The notes under the pieces are model-generated. The model was not told where the DNA came from. It searched no databases and saw nothing but the letters and a program-made list of their open reading frames with translations. The translations under genes were made by a program, and so were the position numbers. DNA of 24,375 nucleotides, taken from assembly GCA_041498975.1 (NCBI GenBank), contig JBGQJI010000030.1, positions 1 through 24,375 of the forward strand, in the 5' to 3' direction. The stretch comes from Candidatus Methylomirabilis sp. GTDB taxonomy: Bacteria; Methylomirabilota; Methylomirabilia; Methylomirabilales; Methylomirabilaceae. Shown piece by piece: positions 14,670 to 22,238 of this stretch (its first letter is position 1; each line of letters opens with the position of its first letter).

Positions 14670-15407
14670 ATGCCGCCCCGCAATAATCACTTCCCACATC
14701 CCGCCATCAGGCGTAGGTTTCAGCAGCGACTCCTCCGCTGGTATGCGCGTCATCGGCGCGACCTTCCGTGGCGGAAGACCTCCGACCCGTACAAGATCCT
14801 GGTCTCGGAGGTGATGCTCCAACAGACGCAAGTCGATCGGGTCATCCCGAAGTATAAAGAGTTCCTTCGGAAGTATCCCACGGTTGAGGAGCTCGCCAGC
14901 GCCTCTGTCCGGGACGTCGAGGCCACCTGGCGGCCCCTCGGGTATAACATCCGGCCGGTCCGGCTGCACGCCATCGCTCATGAGGCTATTCGCCGCCACG
15001 GCGGCAAGATCCCCGACTCACTCGAAGAGCTTCAGGCTCTCAAGGGGATCGGCCGCTACACCGCCGGCGCGGTGATGAGCTTCGCCTTCCGCAAGGACGC
15101 GCCGATCCTCGACACCAATGTCAGGCGGTTGCTGGATCGGGTTTTCGTGGGCCGCGGCGCCTACAGGGGCACCAGGGGCGTGAAACAACTCTGGGACCTG
15201 TCAGCCGCTCTGATCCCCCGGGGGAAAGGGTATGATTTCAACCAGGCCATGATGGACTTCGGTGCTCTCATCTGTACGGCTCGCAAGCCGGCCTGCCCTA
15301 CCTGTCCGATGCAGCCGATCTGCGCCTCCTATCCGTGGGAACCGACTCCGAGATTTCGCGGCCGGCCAGGTCGATCGAAACGTTCCTTTAAGAAAGAGAG
15401 CACTTAA
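14670..15407 (+). CDS. mutY: A/G-specific adenine glycosylase, catalytic domain only
   Basis: RDLPWR, VSEVMLQQTQV, HhH LKGIGRYTAGAV, ILDTNVRR, FNQAMMDFGALIC and [4Fe-4S] motif C-X6-C-X2-C-X5-C. No C-terminal 8-oxoG domain. Confidence 0.93.
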   Translation: MPPRNNHFPHPAIRRRFQQRLLRWYARHRRDLPWRKTSDPYKILVSEVMLQQTQVDRVIPKYKEFLRKYPTVEELASASVRDVEATWRPLGYNIRPVRLHAIAHEAIRRHGGKIPDSLEELQALKGIGRYTAGAVMSFAFRKDAPILDTNVRRLLDRVFVGRGAYRGTRGVKQLWDLSAALIPRGKGYDFNQAMMDFGALICTARKPACPTCPMQPICASYPWEPTPRFRGRPGRSKRSFKKEST

Positions 15408-15853
15408 TGCCGGAGGTTGGGCCGACGGTCGAGGTTGCCGCTGGGCTAATCGTAAGAGAGGGCCAGATCCTGATCGCCCAGCGCCGTACCAACGCCCACC
15501 TGGGCGGGTTGTGGGAATTCCCCGGCGGCAAGCGGAAGCCCGGCGAGAGCTTTAAGGCCTGCCTGACCAGGGAGGTGATGGAAGAGCTGGGGCTCGCCAT
15601 CGCCGTCCACGAGCAAATCGCCACCGCAGAGCACCACGATGCCGAACGCCGGGTGCGCCTCCGATTCTACCGATGCACCATCCTGGCTGGAGAACCGCAA
15701 CCCCTCGGGTGTGAGGCCTGTCGCTGGATCACCCCCGCGGAGATCACCGCCTACCCGTTTCCCCCGGCCGACGAACCATTGGTCCGCCAGATCGCCTCTG
15801 GCGAGATCGGTCTTTCAGCAGCCGGGGGCGTGATGGATCCCGGCCTTCTTTAA
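15407..15853 (+). CDS. mutT: MutT/NUDIX 8-oxo-dGTP pyrophosphohydrolase
   Basis: GLWEFPGGKRKPGESFKACLTREVMEELG Nudix box and FPPAD. TAATG overlap with mutY. Confidence 0.88.
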   Translation: MPEVGPTVEVAAGLIVREGQILIAQRRTNAHLGGLWEFPGGKRKPGESFKACLTREVMEELGLAIAVHEQIATAEHHDAERRVRLRFYRCTILAGEPQPLGCEACRWITPAEITAYPFPPADEPLVRQIASGEIGLSAAGGVMDPGLL

Positions 15854-16474
15854 GGCCAGCCCAGAAAGCTCCTCGGCCAGCTCCAGAGTCCTGCGGGACG
15901 CCCCTCTTGCCCGCTCCTGCTGCTCGTCGGTCAAGGCGTATTTCAGCAGAAGACTCCGGCCAAGCTTGTGATGGTAGGTCTCGTCCGGTTGGATCACCTC
16001 GCGGTACAGCCTGGCAGTGACCTGATCCCCTTTCGCCTCGCAGAGCTCGATGAATTGGCGGTTCTTGACGAGCGCGATCGCTTCCCGGGTGAACTGCCCT
16101 GCCGCCAGCCTCTCCACCGTGTCGATGAGTGTGGTCAGGTACTGAAATAACTCCCCATACCCGTTGGCGATCGGATTGAATCCGCTGAGATCAACGCCCA
16201 GCTCTGTCAGACGATCCTCGATCATCTTGTAGTGTTTGGCCTCGTCGCCCACCTGTCGAGCGAAACCTAACTTCACCTCCACCTCCGGTGTGGTCTCGAT
16301 CCATCGGGCTGATAGTTCGAACGCCTCCAGCTCGTTCTTCAGCGCGATCTTCAGCAGGCGATCGATCTCAAGGCTCCCGCCGCTTTCAGCGGTAAGCGCT
16401 TCGCCGGGCTCCAGGCGGCCCAGCAGCTTATTGTTCTCTTCCTCCAGCTCTTTGATGAATACCTGTGGTTGCAT
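15815..16474 (-). CDS. ferritin-like di-iron domain protein
   Basis: Ligand pattern NELEA...DEAKH...TREA...DETYH. GGAGG RBS. Confidence 0.8.
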   Translation of the reverse strand: MQPQVFIKELEEENNKLLGRLEPGEALTAESGGSLEIDRLLKIALKNELEAFELSARWIETTPEVEVKLGFARQVGDEAKHYKMIEDRLTELGVDLSGFNPIANGYGELFQYLTTLIDTVERLAAGQFTREAIALVKNRQFIELCEAKGDQVTARLYREVIQPDETYHHKLGRSLLLKYALTDEQQERARGASRRTLELAEELSGLALKKAGIHHAPGC

Positions 16475-16496
16475 CGCCCTTGCCTCCGGTTGCGTT

Positions 16497-16656
16497 GTCT
16501 TTGCGAGCGACCAAGCTTCGCTGTTCCAGGTTCCGGGTTGCAGGTTCCACGTTACTTAGAACTTGGAACTCGGCACTTGGAACCTAGCACCCTGTTGAGA
16601 TTGCGGAGCCTGCCCTGAGCAGTGTCGAAGGGGTCACTTCGTTCCCTCGCAATGAC
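16497..16656. repeat. REP-like palindrome with nested heptamer inverted array and one CCTGAGC/GTCGAAGG unit
   Basis: Outer arms GTCTTTGCGAG / CTCGCAATGAC. Heptamers GTTCCAG-type x5 then GGAACTT-type x5 at 16523-16592. Confidence 0.85.
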
Positions 16657-16675
16657 GGTTCATTATCGGCTTGCT

Positions 16676-17518
16676 CTAATTCAAGCTGGCATGGGCCTGG
16701 CGCCATTCCCGCAGGCGTGCACGAACCCCCTCGGCATCTTCTGCCTGGGGGTTCACGGTCAAGTAGCGCTCAAGGTCTGCGATGCCCTGGGACGTTTGGT
16801 GAAGCTGCATCCGCAGGACCCCACGGTCCCGAATCTCACGATTGAGGCCGGGATCGATGAGCAGGATCCGCTCGGTTGCCGCCAGCGCCCTGCGGTGGTC
16901 CTTGGCCGTCACGTAGACCCCCTTGAGGTTGGTCAGTATCCTGATCAGGATCTCACGCTTGGTCGCAGCGGCCAGCAAGCTCTGCCGGAACTGGACTCGC
17001 CCGCCATATGAGTGATTCAGCCGACTTTGGCAATCCTCCTGGGTAAGGATCTGGCCCTGATGAAACGGGTCGATGACAATGTCTCCCTCCGGGGAGGAGT
17101 GTTTGACCAGGAAGTGGCCGGGGAAGCCGACGCCATGAAGTGGCATCCCAAGGCGCCATCCCACTTCCAGATAGACCGTTGAGAGAGTGATCGGAATCCC
17201 GGTCCGCCGATCGAGCACCTCGTTCAGAAAGCTGTTTCGCGGATCGTAGTAATCTTCGGAATTGCCCTTGAACCGAATGTCGTCAAAGACATACTGGTTC
17301 AATGCTTGAAGGATGCTGCGGGGACCTACTTCCTTCCGCAAGCGCTTGTCAACCGCATCGGCCATTCGATCCAGCCGATCGAGGTAGCCCGAGGAATCCA
17401 GATCGGGGTACTCTTCCTGGGCGATCAGGAGAGCGGCTTCGGCAAGGTTGATCGCCTCCTCGCCCTCGGCCATCATCGTCGCAAACCGTTGTCGCGCTAC
17501 CATATTCCTTTCAATCAC
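16676..17518 (-). CDS. SirB1/YchA family transglutaminase-like protein with C-terminal TPR
   Basis: FKGNSEDYYDPRNSFLNEVLDRRTGIPITLS, GVGFPGHFLVK, IDPFH.G, EIRDRG, DLERYL. The exact start is uncertain (GTG 17518 or ATG 17503). Confidence 0.9.
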   Translation of the reverse strand: MIERNMVARQRFATMMAEGEEAINLAEAALLIAQEEYPDLDSSGYLDRLDRMADAVDKRLRKEVGPRSILQALNQYVFDDIRFKGNSEDYYDPRNSFLNEVLDRRTGIPITLSTVYLEVGWRLGMPLHGVGFPGHFLVKHSSPEGDIVIDPFHQGQILTQEDCQSRLNHSYGGRVQFRQSLLAAATKREILIRILTNLKGVYVTAKDHRRALAATERILLIDPGLNREIRDRGVLRMQLHQTSQGIADLERYLTVNPQAEDAEGVRARLREWRQAHASLN

Positions 17519-17532
17519 TGATTCCCAGTGCT

Positions 17533-17678
17533 GTCATTGCGAGCACATTCACGGAGCCTGCACAAAGGGAAACGAATGTGTTCAGTGTAAACTCCGGGAA
17601 GCAATCTCGGACGTTATTCCTGTAGCCTGCTTCGGCCGGTGAGATTGCTTCGGCTGACTGTGTCAGCCTCGCAATGAC
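17533..17678. repeat. REP-like palindrome, complete copy
   Basis: GTCATTGCGAG...GAAGCAATCTC...GAGATTGCTTC...CTCGCAATGAC, two nested perfect arm pairs. Confidence 0.9.
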
Positions 17679-17830
17679 GGATGAACGCCTTCGCTTCTGG
17701 CAATGATGATTCTAGTCTGCTGGCCAGGAAAAAGCAAACAGGTGGGCTCGCTGACTCACATTGCTGTTGGCGATGAGGAGCGAGAGTGGGAGAGAGAGTC
17801 ATGCTGGGCGCCGGCGAAAAAGAGGACGCC

Positions 17831-18002
17831 TCGTGCCGTTCCAACTTTCTCCGCCTAACATCACAATGACCGGAAGGCATCTGGATCCGCCGTCGCAAGG
17901 CCTTGTCATCTATCCGAACAAGTTGGAACGGCACCATGGAAAGCGATAGTTCTTAGCGGGGCTCCTGTCTGCGATGAGTCACAACAAGTTCGAACGGTAC
18001 TA
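17831..18002 (+). mobile_element. 172-bp MITE-like element, family B, copy 2
   Basis: TCGTGCCGTTCCAAC ... GTTGGAACGGCACCA (internal, 17922-17936) ... GTTCGAACGGTACTA. The terminal TA is part of the def stop codon. Confidence 0.85.
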
Positions 18003-18530
18003 TTGGCTCCAGTAGCGGGCGAATTCCTGAAGATAAGAGAGGGTCTCGAAGCTGGGCATGCGATCGATGAAGACCTTGCCGAGGAGGTGGTCTCGCTCGT
18101 GCTGGAGCACGCGAGCGTGAAAGCCGGTGGCGACAAACTCGAGCGGCCTCCCCTGCCGGTCGAGGGCCTTCGCCCGCACCTGGCGGTAGCGGGGGGTGCT
18201 CCCCCGAAAATCGATCAGGCTGAGACAACCCTCCCAGTCGTCTTCAAGCTCCGGGCCGAGAGGAGTGACCTCGAAATTGATCAGAACCGTCAGCGGGATG
18301 TCGGGGGCGTCAGGATATCGCCGGTTCCCCTTTGCCTCAATCACGGCGATTTGCTTTGAGACGTGGACCTGAGGGGCTGCGATCCCGACTCCGTCGTACT
18401 CCCGCATGGTCTCGACCATGTCATCGATGAGACGCTGAATCTCGGGGCTTTGGATCGCCCCGGGCTCCACTGGCGGCGCTGTCTGCCGCAAGACCGGATG
18501 CCCCAGGCGCGCGACCTTCAGGATCGACAA
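18000..18530 (-). CDS. def: peptide deformylase
   Basis: GVGIAAPQV, EGCLS and QHERDHLLG motifs. TTG start after a G-rich RBS. Confidence 0.96.
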   Translation of the reverse strand: MSILKVARLGHPVLRQTAPPVEPGAIQSPEIQRLIDDMVETMREYDGVGIAAPQVHVSKQIAVIEAKGNRRYPDAPDIPLTVLINFEVTPLGPELEDDWEGCLSLIDFRGSTPRYRQVRAKALDRQGRPLEFVATGFHARVLQHERDHLLGKVFIDRMPSFETLSYLQEFARYWSQ

Positions 18531-18544
18531 GGCTCTCCCCCCCT

Positions 18545-19087
18545 TTACCAGGGAATCTCTTCAACCCCCGCCTGCCGGTTGGCCGCCCTTGCAAGGGTGA
18601 AGAGGAGGTCGGAAAGTCGGTTGATATAGACGATGAGGATGGGGGAGAGCGGCGTCTCCTGGGACAGCGCCACCATTCTCCGCTCCGCCCGCCGGCAAAC
18701 CGCTCTTGCCAGGTGGAGGAGGGCACCGCTTTCTGTGCCGCCCGGGAGGATGAAGGAGCGGAGCGGAGGCAGCATGGCCTCGTACCTGTCGATAATCCCC
18801 TCCAGCTCTCGAACTCGCTCCTCGCTGACGCCCGCCTTTTCAGCCTTCTTTTCAACCTGACCCCTCGGGTCGGCAAGCTGCGCGCCGATGGCAAAAAGGT
18901 CCCGCTGGATCCCCAGAAGGGTTGCGCTGATCGTGTTGTCCGTCAACTTGGCCCTGACGCAGCCGAGGACCGCGTTCAGCTCATCGACCTCGCCATAGGC
19001 CTCGACTCGAAGCGCGGATTTCAAGACCCTCGCCCCGCCGATCAGCCCGGTCTCGCCCTTATCGCCTGTCTTGGTATAGATCTTCAT
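18545..19087 (-). CDS. pduO: ATP:cob(I)alamin adenosyltransferase, PduO type
   Basis: MKIYTKTGDKGET, EAYGEVDELN, FILPGG, ARAVCRRAERR, YINRLSDLLF. Confidence 0.94.
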   Translation of the reverse strand: MKIYTKTGDKGETGLIGGARVLKSALRVEAYGEVDELNAVLGCVRAKLTDNTISATLLGIQRDLFAIGAQLADPRGQVEKKAEKAGVSEERVRELEGIIDRYEAMLPPLRSFILPGGTESGALLHLARAVCRRAERRMVALSQETPLSPILIVYINRLSDLLFTLARAANRQAGVEEIPW

Positions 19088-19126
19088 GAAGCGTTGTCCT
19101 TGGGCTTGATCTTAGAGTGGAGGGGG

Positions 19127-20215
19127 TCAGTTCCGCTTGGTGAATGGGAGTGGAACGATCTCGGCGGCGCTGGGACCCTTCTGCGTCTGCAGTTGCACGA
19201 TGGTACCGGGCGCCATCCGCTCGCGGCGGACATAGCCCAGTGCGATGGGGCGGTCCAGTGCGGGTGATCGAACCGCACTGGTGATCCGGCCAACCTCTCT
19301 CTGCTCGTGAAGAAGCTTCGTGCCGACATCAGGCGCCTCGCCTCCTTCGAACAGCAGGCCGACCAGATGCCAGTTGACATGCCCTCGATGAGCGACTCGC
19401 GCCACGGTTTCCTGGCCGAGGTAGCACCCTTTGGAGAAATTGGCGGCCCGCTCCAATCCCGCCTCCTGAAGGAGAATCGTCTCGTCCATGTCGGCGCCAT
19501 ACCAGGGAATGCCGGCCTCGATCCGGAGAATGTTGAGAGCCTCCATCCCGACCGGCCGGAGCTGGTCGTCGCGACCAGCCTTTAGCAGCGCCTCCCAGAC
19601 CGTCGCTCCGGACGGGATGGGCACCGCTACGACGAACCCTTCCTCTCCGGTTTCGCTGGCTCGCATGACCCGAACGGTGACTCCCTCGATTGTCGTTTCG
19701 AGGTGCTGGTATTCCGCAAGCCCCTTCACCTCACCGATCTCCATCCTGGAGAGCATCTCGACACTGGCCGGCCCCTGGAGTGCGACCATGGCGAACTCCG
19801 CGCTACGGTCCCGGATCTCCACCCGGTCGGAGATCAGGTGCCGCTCTAGGACCTCACGCACCTTCGGAATCAGTTCCTCATGTAGATCGAGCCAGTGGGC
19901 GTCGGCAAGCGCGTAGATCCGCATGTCGGCCACCAGCTTGCCGTGGGCGGTCAGCATGGCGGCGTACTGCCCCGCTCCCGGCTTCAGGGATTTAACATCA
20001 TTCGTGACCAGCCCGTTCAGGAAACGGGCGCGGTCTTTGCCAGTGAGTTCGAGGATCCCGCGGTAGGAGAGGTCGATCAGTCCCACGCTGTTGCGGACAG
20101 TGCGATGCTCGACCGTGGGATCAGCGAACCGAGCCGGTAGCTCCCAGCCGAACCACTCTCCGAACACCGCTCCCGCCGTGCGCTCAATGGCGTGTAGCGT
20201 GCTTCGCTTGCTCAT
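19127..20215 (-). CDS. folate-binding aminomethyltransferase, YgfZ/GcvT family
   Basis: GcvT-like N-terminus (EH..VRNSVGLIDLS, G.DRARFLNGLVTNDV), LRIEAG, and the YgfZ motif KGCYLGQE. ATG 20215 with GAAGGTGG is preferred over 20284. Confidence 0.88.
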   Translation of the reverse strand: MSKRSTLHAIERTAGAVFGEWFGWELPARFADPTVEHRTVRNSVGLIDLSYRGILELTGKDRARFLNGLVTNDVKSLKPGAGQYAAMLTAHGKLVADMRIYALADAHWLDLHEELIPKVREVLERHLISDRVEIRDRSAEFAMVALQGPASVEMLSRMEIGEVKGLAEYQHLETTIEGVTVRVMRASETGEEGFVVAVPIPSGATVWEALLKAGRDDQLRPVGMEALNILRIEAGIPWYGADMDETILLQEAGLERAANFSKGCYLGQETVARVAHRGHVNWHLVGLLFEGGEAPDVGTKLLHEQREVGRITSAVRSPALDRPIALGYVRRERMAPGTIVQLQTQKGPSAAEIVPLPFTKRN

Positions 20216-20331
20216 CGGACCACCTTCACTTCTGCGATGAAATAGCCGCGCATGGGCAAGTGTATTGAACCGATCACGAGTCAACCGCCCGTTACGTCTA
20301 CCAAACCGAGCCCGCTCAATCCCCTCAGGTT

Positions 20332-20454
20332 GTCATTGCGACCGCAGCGATCCCGCCTTATGAGATTGCGCAGCCCGCCCCGAGCCCTGGGATTGCTTCG
20401 TCGCTCGGCTCCTCGCAATGACACGGGCGAGGGGGCTCGTCCCCTCGCAATGAC
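20332..20454. repeat. REP-like palindrome with a second right arm nested inside
   Basis: GTCATTGCGA at 20332, CTCGCAATGAC twice (20412-22 and 20444-54), and a CCCGCCCCGAGC...GCGAGGGG unit enclosing the inner arm. Confidence 0.85.
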
Positions 20455-20546
20455 ACCTCACGTGGTGCCGATGTAACTCGCTTGCGGACATGCAGTACCG
20501 GCGAGTGCGAGATGAGGCGCCCGGAGAGGCCTACGGGTGGTACCGG

Positions 20547-21164
20547 CTACCCCTGGAGGCTCTGGAGCTGCTCGAGGGAGGCGTTGTCTTCAGGGTCGAG
20601 ATCGAGGGCCACCATGAACTCCCCGATGGCCAGATCGCGGATTCCCAGCCGCTTGTAGGCGAGCCCCAAGTGAAAATGAGAGGCGGCATCATTCGGGCTC
20701 TCCGACACAACCTGTGAGAACTCGCGGATCGCCTCATGCCACAGCCGCTTCCGCTCATAAAGGATGCCAAGGTGGTAATGGCAGATGATATGGGTGGGAT
20801 CGGCCGCCAGGACCTTGTGAAAATTCTGGATGGCCAGGTCCAGCTTTCCCAAGTGGAAATACGACCTCGCAATCCGATAGTGCGCACCGGGGTTATCGGG
20901 GTCCAAAGTCAGGACCTTCTGGGCGGCTTCGATGGCGGCCCCGAACATGCACCGCCCGTAGTACCAGAGGCTGAGCTGGAAGTGGGCATCGACGTGCTTG
21001 GGATCGAGCATGATCACCCGCTGCAGCTCGGCGATAGCCTCCTTCACCCGCCTGGCATGGTAATACCCCAGCGCGAGCTGGTACCTCGCCTCGACGTTCC
21101 TGGGATCCTGCTCAACAGTTTTGCGATAGCTCTCGAGGGCCTCCTCGGTCATTGCATGCTGCAT
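20547..21164 (-). CDS. tetratricopeptide repeat protein
   Basis: About five 34-aa TPRs (AHFQLSLWYY, AHYRIARSYF, CHYHLGILYE, SHFHLGLAYK). GGAGGAG RBS favours ATG 21164. Confidence 0.88.
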   Translation of the reverse strand: MQHAMTEEALESYRKTVEQDPRNVEARYQLALGYYHARRVKEAIAELQRVIMLDPKHVDAHFQLSLWYYGRCMFGAAIEAAQKVLTLDPDNPGAHYRIARSYFHLGKLDLAIQNFHKVLAADPTHIICHYHLGILYERKRLWHEAIREFSQVVSESPNDAASHFHLGLAYKRLGIRDLAIGEFMVALDLDPEDNASLEQLQSLQG

Positions 21165-21209
21165 AATCATCTCCTCCCTCACCAGAACAGGTCGCGCAAC
21201 CGCTTCGCC

Positions 21210-21238
21210 ATTCTAATCCCGGGATTCAAAGGGGTCAA
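21210..21238 (-). promoter_or_regulatory. sigma70-type promoter for the TPR gene
   Basis: TTGACC - 17 nt - TAGAAT. A perfect palindrome AATCCCGGGATT (21215-21226) lies in the spacer. Confidence 0.7.
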
Positions 21239-21255
21239 GATTCTTTCAACGCACG

Positions 21256-22130
21256 TCAAGAGGCCTGGGATGGGGGAGGCAGGCTCTCGATCCGCGTCAA
21301 GTGGACGCGATGGGGATAGGGGACTTCGATCCCCTCCTTGTCGAAGGCGACCTTGATCCGTCTCCTCAGCTCCCGCGCGACCTCCCACTGTTTCTGAGGC
21401 AGTGTCTTCACCATCACTTGGAGGGTGACCTGGGACTCGCCGAGTGCCTCGATCCCGAGGACCTCCGGAGCTTCGAGGATCAGCGAACCTACCCGCTCAT
21501 CCACGGACATCTCTTGCCCGACCCGCTTCAGCACGCCGACGGTCCGATCGATGTCCTCACGGTAAGTCACGCCGACGTTCAGCGTAACTCGTGACCACTC
21601 CTTTGTCAGGTTCGAGACGACCTTGAGCTCGCTATTCGGGATGAAGTGCGCCGCGCCGGTCTGGGGATCGCGAAGGACCGTCACGCGCAGGTTGAGCCGC
21701 TCGACTTGGCCGGTGATATCACCGGTCCTGATCACATCTCCCACTCCAAACTGCCCTTCCAGGATGATAAAGAAGCCGGCGATCACATCCTTGATCAGGC
21801 TCTGGGCCCCGAAGCCCACAGCCAGGCCCACCACCCCCGCGCCTGCGATGATGGGAGTGATGTCCAGCCCGAGCTCCCGAAGTCCCATCATCGTGGCAAT
21901 GACGACGATTGCCGTCGTCCCGACCGTCTTCACCATCCCGGCAAGCGTCAGGGCACGCTTTTCCCGCTCGCCGACCCTGCCGGCCCCACCCTCCACTACC
22001 GCTCGGACCACACGATCTGCGCCAAGCTTGAGAAGGTGGACCAACAGCAGGCTCCCCCGGCGATGATCGCCAGCCTGAGCCCGCCGGTCCTAAGCCAGCC
22101 AAGAGTCTCTTCGAAGGTGTCAGCGCTCAT
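21256..22130 (-). pseudogene. mscS: MscS family mechanosensitive channel with a 1-nt frameshift near the 5' end (pseudogene or sequencing error)
   Basis: AGVVGLAVGFGAQSLIKDVIAGFFII.E.QFGVGD and HFIPNS motifs. ATG 22130 (MSADTFEETLGWLRTGGLRLAIIAGG) joins SLLLVHLLK only if the G5 run at 22054-22058 were G6. Confidence 0.85.
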
Positions 22131-22161
22131 CTCTAGCAAGTATACAGAGTGTTGTTACGCT

Positions 22162-22228
22162 GTCATCGCGAACGACCAGCGGGAGCGTGGGAATCCGACA
22201 CATCGCGTCGCTGCGAGGCGCAGCCGAA
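22162..22228. repeat. degenerate REP-like left arms
   Basis: GTCATCGCGAACGACCAGCGGGAGCGTGGGAATC and GTCGCTGCGAGGCGCAGCCGAA resemble the GTCATTGCGAG...GCAATC arm. Confidence 0.55.
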
Positions 22229-22238
22229 TGCGCAGGCA

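Noticed and set aside
16360..16400. GGSLEIDRL in the ferritin-like protein as an encapsulin targeting peptide
   Set aside because: Poor match to the GSLxIGSL consensus, internal position, and no encapsulin gene in the window.
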